From a virus (lineage: Duplodnaviria; Caudoviricetes), in the IMG/VR virus record IMGVR_UViG_3300032323_000845, positions 1 through 48,497 of that record: 48,497 nucleotides of DNA; one strand, written 5' to 3'. Within the stretch, counting starts at the first letter, position 1, and each line of letters opens with the position of its first letter. This document shows, one piece after another, positions 38,501 through 45,776 of the stretch. The notes under the pieces are model-generated. The model had not been told where the DNA came from. It searched no databases and was given only the letters and a program-made list of their open reading frames with translations. The position numbers and the translations under genes were made by a program.

Positions 38501-39045
38501 GCGACAATGTCAGCTTCCCATGGTTTGCACCAGCAGGTACACGACGTGGCGGTATTACTAACGCTACAGCAGTAGGATATATTGATGCAGCTACAGGTGA
38601 ATTTCAAACAGTTGCACTGAACGAAGGTCAACGTGATACCTTGTATGAACTAAAGGTAAATCCAATTCCATTCTTTAATGGTGTAGGACTTGTGGCTTAC
38701 GGTCAAAAAACTCGTGCAAGAAATGCATCAGCATTAGATCGTATAAATGTAGCAAGACTGGTTGTGTATCTCCGCAGTCAGTTGAACAAGTTGGCAAGAC
38801 CATATTTGTTTGAACCCAACGACAAGATTACCAGAGACGAAATCAAACAAGCGGCAGAAAGCCTATTGTTGGAATTGGTAGGCTTGAGAGCAATTTACGA
38901 CTTTGCGGTTGTGTGTGATGAAAGCAATAACACTCCGTCTCGTATCGATCGCAACGAACTTTATGTTGATATCGCTATAGAGCCAGTGAAAGCCATTGAG
39001 TTCATTTACATTCCATTGCGTATCAAGAACACAGGAGAAATTTAA
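35527..39045 (+). CDS. gp18: Tail sheath protein (T4 gp18-like), 1172 aa
   Basis: N-terminal L.SPGV.V..IDES; C-terminal PWFAPAG..RG, RD.LY..KVNPI, GQKT, ALDRINVARL, FEPND..TR, VCDESNNT...IDRNEL.VDI.I.P.KAIEFI. Confidence 0.96.
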   Translation: MALTSPGVQVTVIDESFYTPAEPGTVPLIVVATAQDKTNGAGTNTASATTKANAGKAFKVTSQRDLTDLFGIPFFEQTASSTPIHGSERNEYGLLAAYSLLGVSNAAFIVRADVDLDELAAAVDAPGANPVNGKWWIDTQATTWGIQEWNSAAATTVGGQKFTNKVPLVLTDADFPSKIDGVAPKEAVGQIGDYAVVFRTVEGDTSYGTSEDLARIYYKSSGNGGIGGGGTAVDAGEWVLVGSNSWKASWPVVISSTYTGNTGGTLFVNSTSIVGGTLATIAANINAAAITGVTARVVSNKLYIYSDGRSAADGAAGDSTGPDGRVFLDNGTASWSTIGIQTGEYISPKLQQTPHTDVPTFKRTDNTTTVAGYATGSVWIKTTEPNLGARWRAKQWSSATQSWVASEAPIYASTNAALFYLDRSGGGSNISADTLFVQSNAQENSGFDTTPDTAEFRMWYRHVGAGQGTSITSNIIKSGTFTAASTRTFTLAESIVGQLALDAAKTITLSTASGNAPTGDNSDADKFAAAINAAGFTNIEASVVAVTATQSRLVITHNDGGDFRLTDGTGTPLSTLFTAYNLKTRAGTENFYNISLGSGAVGAEDLATGAADDYLASGYKPLAADDPRFAAGPDAPLNEPSDQQLWYNPNFADVDIMVHNGNTWVGYRHSTAPYFEAATATPRTGYLPIVAASNPYVSGVTTSGDLWISTADLENFPTIYRYNSNLTDIGDATLRWELVDKTDQTTEEGVLFADARWNTAGTSSSQSTIEDLITNNFLDPDAPDPALYPKGMLLWNLRRSGGNVKKYSNSYIDTASDNPRTSSATLAGSAFVSGAGLSMETYFPDRWVTASGNNEDGSGSFGRKAQRKVVTQALKSVIDTSQEIRDEERRNFNIIACPGYPETMSNLVNLNIDRGITAFVVGDTPLRLAADATSLNNWGTNAELVTDNGDDGIVTYDEYLATYYPNGFTTDLSGANAVVPASHMMLKTIALSDNVSFPWFAPAGTRRGGITNATAVGYIDAATGEFQTVALNEGQRDTLYELKVNPIPFFNGVGLVAYGQKTRARNASALDRINVARLVVYLRSQLNKLARPYLFEPNDKITRDEIKQAAESLLLELVGLRAIYDFAVVCDESNNTPSRIDRNELYVDIAIEPVKAIEFIYIPLRIKNTGEI

Positions 39046-39047
39046 AA

Positions 39048-39698
39048 ATGGCAATTACATCGCTTAACAACATTGGTATTCCAACTACCAACGCAGCTGG
39101 CAGCACTCAAGTGCTGTTGATGCCAAAGTTAAAATATCGCTTTAGAGTTACACTGTTAGGATTTGGAGTTGCCGCAGCTACTGAACTCACTAAACAGGTA
39201 CAGGATGTTACAAGACCTAAAGTGTCGTTTGAAGAGATGACACTGGACGTCTACAACTCAAAAGTTAAATTAGCTGGCAAATACACACTAGAAAACGTTA
39301 CACTAACATTGCGTGATGATGCCAGTGGACAAGTACAGAAATTAGTTGGCCAACAGATTCAGAAGCAGTATGACTTTATGGAACAGGCTTCTGCACGTTC
39401 AGGTATTGATTACAAATTTACCACACGTATTGAAGTGTTAGATGGCGGTAATGGTGCTCTAGTACCAACCACGCTGGAAACATTTGAACTTTATGGTTGT
39501 TTTGTACAGAATGCAGACTACGGTGATGCAAACTACAGTACCAATGAGCATATGACAGTAGCACTGACTATTGCCTACGATAATCTATCACAGTTCGCAG
39601 CTGGTACAACAGCAGTGAGCCCAATAGGTGGTATCGGAGCAGCAGTAGGAAGAACTATTGGTGCTGCTACTACAGGTGCTTCTACAGCCCAAGGATAA
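39048..39698 (+). CDS. gp19: Tail tube protein (T4 gp19-like)
   Basis: Follows the sheath gene; PKLKYRFRV, VTRP.VSFEE, KLAGK, TLRDD, F.LYGCF, T.AYD pattern. Confidence 0.85.
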   Translation: MAITSLNNIGIPTTNAAGSTQVLLMPKLKYRFRVTLLGFGVAAATELTKQVQDVTRPKVSFEEMTLDVYNSKVKLAGKYTLENVTLTLRDDASGQVQKLVGQQIQKQYDFMEQASARSGIDYKFTTRIEVLDGGNGALVPTTLETFELYGCFVQNADYGDANYSTNEHMTVALTIAYDNLSQFAAGTTAVSPIGGIGAAVGRTIGAATTGASTAQG

Positions 39699-39716
39699 TA
39701 GCAATATTAACTCAAG

Positions 39717-39744
39717 AAGCCCGACTAAAAATCGGGCTTTTTTT
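39717..39744 (+). terminator. Rho-independent terminator
   Basis: AAGCCCGA-ctaaaaa-TCGGGCTT followed by a T-run. Confidence 0.9.
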
Positions 39745-39750
39745 GTGGCA

Positions 39751-39756
39751 TAAATA
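39751..39756 (+). promoter_or_regulatory. Late promoter TAAATA, 5 nt before ATG 39762
   Basis: CATAAATA-TTTGT-ATG. Confidence 0.72.
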
Positions 39757-39761
39757 TTTGT

Positions 39762-40859
39762 ATGGCAAATAAATTCACGAGATATCTATCAGAGTTCGGT
39801 TCCGGCTTAATTGAAGGCGTGACCAAGCCCAAGGGTCAACAAAGTAACTATCGTCATGCCACGAGATTGTTTGTTGACAACAATCTACGGCTCAGCCCTA
39901 AGACCAAATTTCTTTACTATGTTCAGTTTGAAATAGACAATACAGTAAGAGGTATGAGCGCATTTACTGCCAAACATGCTAACGAAGCTGGGCTGTTAGT
40001 AAAGAGTGCAGATCTACCAAAATTTAATTTTGATTCTGTGGTAAAAAATCAGTACAATCGCAAAAAGATTGTTTACAAACAAATCAACTACGAACCTGTA
40101 AACATCAACATGCACGATGACAGCAATGCTGTGATCAATGCTATGTGGGCCTTGTACTATGGTTATTATATTGCGGATCGACATAATCCAGATGCAGCTT
40201 TCAAACCTAACCATCTTAGGAAAACCGGCACACAAGTTGATAATTTTAGGTATGGCTTAGACAACGATAAAAAAGAAGCAGATTTCTTTAAATCAGTAAC
40301 TATCTATACCATGAGTCGTAGACGATTTGTTGGTTATACTTTGGTCAATCCTAGAATCAAAACTTGGAATCACGGGGGCATGGACTATGGAGCCAGTGAA
40401 TTCAATGAAAGCCAAATGACGTTAGAGTACGAGGCAGTGAGATATACCACTGGTAATGTAAGTGTTGGAACACCCAAAGGGTTTGCCACACTACACTACG
40501 ACACTGTACCGAGTCCGCTGAGCGTGGCAGGCGGCGGCGTTGCTACACTCACAGGTGAAGGTGGAGTCTTAGACGGACTTGAACAGATTTTTGGTGACAT
40601 AGGTTCAGGAGGTGCGTTCGGCACTCCTGGTGGATTCATAGGCACATTGGCCAAGACCTTCAACACCTATAAGAATTTCAAGAGCCTGAGCAAAGAACAA
40701 TTGGCCAGCGAAGCAATTGGTATACTCAGCAATCCTGGAAATATCACGGCGGCAGCACAGAGCATAGGTGGGGTGGTAGGAGCTATTTTTCCTAAGAGCG
40801 CCAGTACAGAATCCACAGCCAGTGCCAGTCAACGCAACTTAGTAGGAGGCCCAGATTAA
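39762..40859 (+). CDS. Tail-tube-fold baseplate protein (T4 gp48/gp54-like)
   Basis: PK.KFLYYV.F, LVKSADLPKF, NQYNRK, YEPVNI.MHDD, TLVNP.I, MTLEYE tube-fold pattern. Confidence 0.65.
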   Translation: MANKFTRYLSEFGSGLIEGVTKPKGQQSNYRHATRLFVDNNLRLSPKTKFLYYVQFEIDNTVRGMSAFTAKHANEAGLLVKSADLPKFNFDSVVKNQYNRKKIVYKQINYEPVNINMHDDSNAVINAMWALYYGYYIADRHNPDAAFKPNHLRKTGTQVDNFRYGLDNDKKEADFFKSVTIYTMSRRRFVGYTLVNPRIKTWNHGGMDYGASEFNESQMTLEYEAVRYTTGNVSVGTPKGFATLHYDTVPSPLSVAGGGVATLTGEGGVLDGLEQIFGDIGSGGAFGTPGGFIGTLAKTFNTYKNFKSLSKEQLASEAIGILSNPGNITAAAQSIGGVVGAIFPKSASTESTASASQRNLVGGPD

Positions 40860-40862
40860 TCT

Positions 40863-41228
40863 ATGGCTACTAATTTACCAGCACAACCTATCGAAGACAG
40901 TGCAGCTGCCACTAAATTATATTTTGAAAACTACGGCGAAGCTGCTCTAGAGTTTCCTTCCAACGATGTTACTGCCGCAGTGAGCTTTTTCCAACAGGCC
41001 GGATTTGATTTAGATGCTGCTTCTACTGCTGCATCTGTGATACTAAGACAGGCTAAAATTGACGGTACTCCTATTTTTCAAATACTTGATACATTAAAAA
41101 GTTTTACAGGCATCTCTCTGGGACAGATAGTAGCAGAAATACTCAATAATAATCGTGTGCCCACATCACTGCTAGGCTACAGAACCAGTGATGTAAAACC
41201 TAATCAAACAAGAAACATAGCTGCTTAA
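40863..41228 (+). CDS. Hypothetical protein (121 aa), probably structural
   Basis: In operon; stop overlaps the gp4 start (TAATG). Confidence 0.6.
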   Translation: MATNLPAQPIEDSAAATKLYFENYGEAALEFPSNDVTAAVSFFQQAGFDLDAASTAASVILRQAKIDGTPIFQILDTLKSFTGISLGQIVAEILNNNRVPTSLLGYRTSDVKPNQTRNIAA

Positions 41229-41668
41229 TGTCTAAATTTGCACAGGGACGATTTGAAATGAAAAACCCTGCCAAGTATGTGGGCAAGAAAACTCCATTGG
41301 CTCGTAGTTCGTGGGAATTTGTGTTTATGCGTATGTTAGATGAGCATCAAGGTGTAGAAAATTGGGCCAGTGAAAGCATACAGATACCCTATAGAGATCC
41401 AATGACGGGCAAATACACAATATATGTGCCTGATTTCTTTGTGGTCTACAAAGACAAAACCGGTAAGAAACATGCAGAAGTAGTAGAAGTTAAACCACAG
41501 AGTCAAACTCTGCGAGAATCAGTAGGCAAAAGCCGATACAATCAAGAGCAGTATATTAAAAACATGGCCAAATGGGAAGCTGCTACAGCTTGGTGTAAAC
41601 AGCAGGGCATTAGGTTTAGAGTGGTTAATGAAGGTGATATTTTCCATCAAGGCACTAAACGCAGATAA
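41228..41668 (+). CDS. gp4: Head completion nuclease (T4 gp4-like, TnsA-type PD-(D/E)xK)
   Basis: QG.F..KNP.KY.G, RSSWE..FM, WASE.I.IPY, Y.PDF, EVKP, N.AKWEAA..WC...G..FRV..E. Confidence 0.9.
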   Translation: MSKFAQGRFEMKNPAKYVGKKTPLARSSWEFVFMRMLDEHQGVENWASESIQIPYRDPMTGKYTIYVPDFFVVYKDKTGKKHAEVVEVKPQSQTLRESVGKSRYNQEQYIKNMAKWEAATAWCKQQGIRFRVVNEGDIFHQGTKRR

Positions 41669-41675
41669 GTATGAT

Positions 41676-42146
41676 ATGACTAAAAAATTAGAAGAACTGT
41701 TTGATTTAGAATCTCACTCTGAGCCTGCACCGACACCCGCACCTGTGCATGAAGAAATTAATAGTCTTGAAGATCAATATCAAGCAGTGCAAAAGATAGT
41801 GCAAACACTACCACATATACAAGAGCTAGAAAATCTCGATGAGCAAGAACTAGATAATCTTGCTAAAAAAGCAGAACAGGCATACGACGATCTCATGGAT
41901 TTGGGCATGAATGTAGAAGTAAGATATTCCGGTAGGATATTTGAAGTAGCCAGCTCAATGATGGGCAACGCTATCACTGCTAAAAGCAATAAAATAGAAA
42001 AGAAACTCAAAGCTGTAGATCTACAGTTGAAAAAACTTAAAATAGACAACGATGCTGGAGTAGATCCCAACAACGTAATAAACGGGCAGGGCTATGTGAT
42101 AACAGATCGCAACGAACTGCTGAAAAAATTAAGCGGAAAAGCATAA
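41676..42146 (+). CDS. gp16: Probable terminase small subunit (T4 gp16-like)
   Basis: Helical 'AYDDLMDLG......RIFEVASSM...AI.A' and C-terminal 'DRNELLKKL' pattern; start reassigned to ATG 41676 after TAAGTA. Confidence 0.6.
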   Translation: MTKKLEELFDLESHSEPAPTPAPVHEEINSLEDQYQAVQKIVQTLPHIQELENLDEQELDNLAKKAEQAYDDLMDLGMNVEVRYSGRIFEVASSMMGNAITAKSNKIEKKLKAVDLQLKKLKIDNDAGVDPNNVINGQGYVITDRNELLKKLSGKA

Positions 42147-42154
42147 ATACTCAT

Positions 42155-42751
42155 ATGAAAACTTTTAAAGAATATCTCGTCGAAAACAAAAAAGTCTACA
42201 GCTTTAAGATCAAAGTTGCGGGCGATGTTCCTGAAAAATTTCAAGAAGCATTAAAATCACGACTAGACAGCTGTAAGGTCATGACTTTTGAAAAGATCAC
42301 AACAACCCCTATACAAAAATTGCCATTGGATTTTCCGGGCAAAGAAAATATGGAAGTAACTGTGTTTGAAGTGGTTTGCGAATACCCTACAACACCGCCT
42401 GAAATTTCAACTCATGTAAAAGCCATGGGCATAGACGAAGACTGTTTCCGTGTGCGAGGCAGCAGTGAGCCCACAGAAGCAGATCAGGTGTTACTGGACA
42501 ACGAGCCCGGCGGTGATGCCATGTTAGACGAACAAGACCTGGACAAGGGCACAGGAAAAATCAAACATAAAGATTACTTTGGTGATGATTTTAACAAAGG
42601 ATTTCTAAAAGATTTAAGCAAAACAGCCAAGCAGAGAACCAAAGACGGTTTTGCTGCTGAATATAAAATACCCAAGCAAAAAACAGACAAAGCTGGATCT
42701 ATGAGTCCAATGTCAAACGCTGGCAAACCAGATCCACGCAAAGGAAATTAA
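42155..42751 (+). CDS. Probable internal head protein with a capsid-targeting-like N-terminus
   Basis: Starts MKTFKEYLVE (T4 internal-protein CTS is MKTYQEFIAE); preceded by TAAATA-N5-ATG. Confidence 0.6.
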   Translation: MKTFKEYLVENKKVYSFKIKVAGDVPEKFQEALKSRLDSCKVMTFEKITTTPIQKLPLDFPGKENMEVTVFEVVCEYPTTPPEISTHVKAMGIDEDCFRVRGSSEPTEADQVLLDNEPGGDAMLDEQDLDKGTGKIKHKDYFGDDFNKGFLKDLSKTAKQRTKDGFAAEYKIPKQKTDKAGSMSPMSNAGKPDPRKGN

Positions 42752-42753
42752 CT

Positions 42754-43476
42754 ATGAACTTTCAAGAACTATTGGCCAAGATGCAGGAGTTAGACAGGCC
42801 CGCCACAGAAGCCTGCGGCGACTCGCCTATGCCGATGAGCATGCCACCGATGTCAGAAAAACCAGACACTCCGCCACCAAGCATGAGTTTAAATCTCAAT
42901 GCACAAGGCATGGACAACATCGAAGAACTAATGAAGCTGATGACCAAAGTTAATCCAGATATGATTAACCAACCAGCACCAATGAGCTCTATCAGCATCG
43001 AACCCATGGACAAGCCTATGGGCGGACTACCTCCGTTAAAGATGCTGCCAGACATGGACTCGAAGCCACATTCAGAACCTGATGCAGACAACATGGACGG
43101 CCCAAGCGACATGGATGCAGACAATATGCCTCCAATGGGCGACTTAGATCGCGATGACGGCGATAATGTAACCAAGGCCATGGGAGACATTGACGGTGAT
43201 GGCGATCATGACATGGATGATCACGATGCAGAAAAGAAAAACAAAGACGAAGCATTTGGTAATTCACTAAACGGATCAGAACCAGAATATGCAGGCGTTG
43301 ACGCTGCTATGCCAGACGGCAACGATCTAAACAAGCCTAAGAAAAGTTTCAGCGGCAAGCCTTATCGCGGAGATAATCCAATGGCTGCAGGCGCATATGA
43401 AAGTAAAGAACAACTACGTGCCAGCATAAGAGAAGAACTTCTGCAGAGATTGTCAGAAGCTAAAGGAGCGAAATAA
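42754..43476 (+). CDS. Acidic low-complexity protein (M/P/D-rich), possible prohead core/internal protein
   Basis: SD AAGGA; helical ends with a disordered middle; DIDGDGDHD motif. Confidence 0.55.
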   Translation: MNFQELLAKMQELDRPATEACGDSPMPMSMPPMSEKPDTPPPSMSLNLNAQGMDNIEELMKLMTKVNPDMINQPAPMSSISIEPMDKPMGGLPPLKMLPDMDSKPHSEPDADNMDGPSDMDADNMPPMGDLDRDDGDNVTKAMGDIDGDGDHDMDDHDAEKKNKDEAFGNSLNGSEPEYAGVDAAMPDGNDLNKPKKSFSGKPYRGDNPMAAGAYESKEQLRASIREELLQRLSEAKGAK

Positions 43477-44120
43477 TGTCAGGATTTAAAATTTCAACAG
43501 AGTCGTTAAGACCAGAATTTTATCAGGTTGTGTTAACACTTAGCGGCGGCGCCGGAACATACCCTACAGCCGACGGCAACGATAACGGTGCAGTGTATCC
43601 TCAGGATCACAGCGACTTTGCAACAAAGCCAACTACATTAGTTATAGGTAGAAGAGTAGCTAGAGGACATCAAAGATTTTTAGCTATAATTGAAAATCTA
43701 CAGAAATACGCAGATGCACAGATACAAGATGTACAGTTTACATCAGCAGGAGCTACCGTAGCTGCAAATCAACCACAAACAGTGACATTTACTGTGAGAT
43801 ACGATCGTGCAGGTGCAGCAGGTGCCGGCGTAACTGAGGGAGTGTTGGGCGGTACACGAGCAGAAATCGGAACTCCGTTCCAATTTACAGCTACCACAGA
43901 TGGTACAATTACTGTAGACACAACTGCCAAAGCTCTACGCTATCAAATAGCCCAGGCCATTGGTAGAACTAACCATGTTAAAAGTATGAGAGTGTACGAC
44001 GGCGGTCAAGGTGCTGAGATCCAAGAATCATTAACTGTTACACTGCCCGATACACTTGCGGACATTTACAAAGACGTAGCTGTAACACTTGTTGATGCAG
44101 CAGAAACCATAGATAGTTAA
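43476..44120 (+). CDS. Hypothetical, probable virion protein (214 aa)
   Basis: AAGGAG SD, TAATG coupling, A/T/G-rich, followed by a terminator. Confidence 0.6.
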   Translation: MSGFKISTESLRPEFYQVVLTLSGGAGTYPTADGNDNGAVYPQDHSDFATKPTTLVIGRRVARGHQRFLAIIENLQKYADAQIQDVQFTSAGATVAANQPQTVTFTVRYDRAGAAGAGVTEGVLGGTRAEIGTPFQFTATTDGTITVDTTAKALRYQIAQAIGRTNHVKSMRVYDGGQGAEIQESLTVTLPDTLADIYKDVAVTLVDAAETIDS

Positions 44121-44136
44121 TACAAACTAACAAACC

Positions 44137-44164
44137 AAATAGGCTCTTCGGAGCCTATTTTTTT
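44137..44164 (+). terminator. Rho-independent terminator with C(UUCG)G loop
   Basis: AAATAGGCTC-TTCG-GAGCCTATTT followed by TTTT. Confidence 0.92.
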
Positions 44165-44167
44165 CAG

Positions 44168-44173
44168 TAAATA
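44168..44173 (+). promoter_or_regulatory. Late promoter TAAATA, 5 nt before the terminase ATG
   Basis: GTAAATA-ACATT-ATG. Confidence 0.72.
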
Positions 44174-44178
44174 ACATT

Positions 44179-45765
44179 ATGTCAAAATCCTTAGACGGCA
44201 ATCTAATTAAGAAAGCCCATGCACAGATACGCTATAATCTCGATGAAGTTAAGCACTTAGAAGCTTGTATGGACCCGGTTACTGGTCCGTTATACTTTGC
44301 CAAAAACTTCATCAAGATACAACACCCTACTAGAGGATCGATACCGTTCGAGCCCTACGGGTTTCAAGAACTGTTAATTGAAGCATATCATACAAATAAA
44401 GAATGTATCGCCATGTTACCACGTCAGATGGGCAAGACCACATGTGCAGTAGCATATCTGTTGTGGTATACACAGTTTATGCCGGACGTACAGGTGTTGA
44501 TTGCGGCACACAAGTATGAAGGTGCTCGAGACATTATGGATCGTTATAGATATGCCTATGAAAATTTACCAGACTTTATCCGTGCTGGGGTGTATTCATA
44601 TAACAGAAACACCATCGAATACGACAATGGATCACGTATACAAGCAACTACCACAACAGAAAACACAGGTCGTGGTAAATCTCTTTCGTTGATATACTGC
44701 GACGAGTTTGCATTCGTGCAACCACCAGAAAAAGCCAAAGAGTTCTGGACAGCATTATCACCGACATTAGCCACAGGCGGTAAAGCTATTATTACATCAA
44801 CTCCTAACAGTGACGAAGATCAATTTGCTATGATTTGGTTGGAAGCCAATAAGCGATTTGACGACTTTGGTAATGAAACCAAACTAGGTGTCAACGGTTT
44901 CTTCCCCTTCTTTGCACACTGGAAGGAACATCCAGATCGTGACGATGCATGGGCCAACTTAGAACGTGCCAAGATCGGTGAAGAACGTTTCCGTAGAGAA
45001 TTTGAATGTGAGTTCTTGATCTTCGACGAAACCCTAATTAACTCTGTGAAGTTAGTTGAACTTGCTGGCAGCGATCCTATAATGAACATGGGTCAAACAC
45101 GTTGGTACAAAGACATCAGCCCAAAGGCTACATACCTTGTTGCCTTAGATCCCAGCCTAGGCACAGGTGGAGACTATGGTGCTATACAGGTTTACGAAAT
45201 GCCTGAAATGGTACAAGTAGCAGAATGGCATCACAATACCACTCCTGTGCAGCAACAGGTCAGAGTCATGCGAGAAATTTTAAAATACATACACGAACGT
45301 GGTGAGGAACGTGGCGGTGCTCCTATCATCTATTATTCCGTTGAAAACAACAGCCTCGGAGAATCAGCACTGATAGTGATCAACGATATAGGCGAGGAAA
45401 ACTTTCACGGACTTTTCCTCTCAGAACCCATACGTAAAGGACACATACGTAAATTCCGTAAAGGCTTTAACACCACGCACAGAAGCAAGATCAACGCTTG
45501 TAGTCAGTTAAAAAACATGATTGAAAATCACAAGATGACCATACACTCTAAACCACTGATATCTGAGCTAAAAACATATGTGGCTTCAGGACTAGGCTTT
45601 AAAGCTAAAAGTGGAGAGCACGACGATCTTGTGAGTTCAACACTGCTGATTATGCGCATGGCAGATGTGTTAGCAGACTGGGATCCGCAGATCTACGACA
45701 AAATGACGGAAAAAATCAACGATGATGCCATGCCTATGCCGATCTTTGTCAGCATGGGTCTTTGA
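44179..45765 (+). CDS. gp17: Terminase large subunit (T4 gp17-like)
   Basis: Walker A PRQMGKTT, Walker B LIYCDEFAF, ITSTPN coupling motif, RNase H-like ALDPSLG.GGDY and HDDLV. Confidence 0.97.
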   Translation: MSKSLDGNLIKKAHAQIRYNLDEVKHLEACMDPVTGPLYFAKNFIKIQHPTRGSIPFEPYGFQELLIEAYHTNKECIAMLPRQMGKTTCAVAYLLWYTQFMPDVQVLIAAHKYEGARDIMDRYRYAYENLPDFIRAGVYSYNRNTIEYDNGSRIQATTTTENTGRGKSLSLIYCDEFAFVQPPEKAKEFWTALSPTLATGGKAIITSTPNSDEDQFAMIWLEANKRFDDFGNETKLGVNGFFPFFAHWKEHPDRDDAWANLERAKIGEERFRREFECEFLIFDETLINSVKLVELAGSDPIMNMGQTRWYKDISPKATYLVALDPSLGTGGDYGAIQVYEMPEMVQVAEWHHNTTPVQQQVRVMREILKYIHERGEERGGAPIIYYSVENNSLGESALIVINDIGEENFHGLFLSEPIRKGHIRKFRKGFNTTHRSKINACSQLKNMIENHKMTIHSKPLISELKTYVASGLGFKAKSGEHDDLVSSTLLIMRMADVLADWDPQIYDKMTEKINDDAMPMPIFVSMGL

Positions 45766-45776
45766 TAAATATACTT

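Noticed and set aside
44179-45765. Intron or intein in the terminase
   Set aside because: The ORF is continuous and of normal length, with all motifs at the expected spacing.
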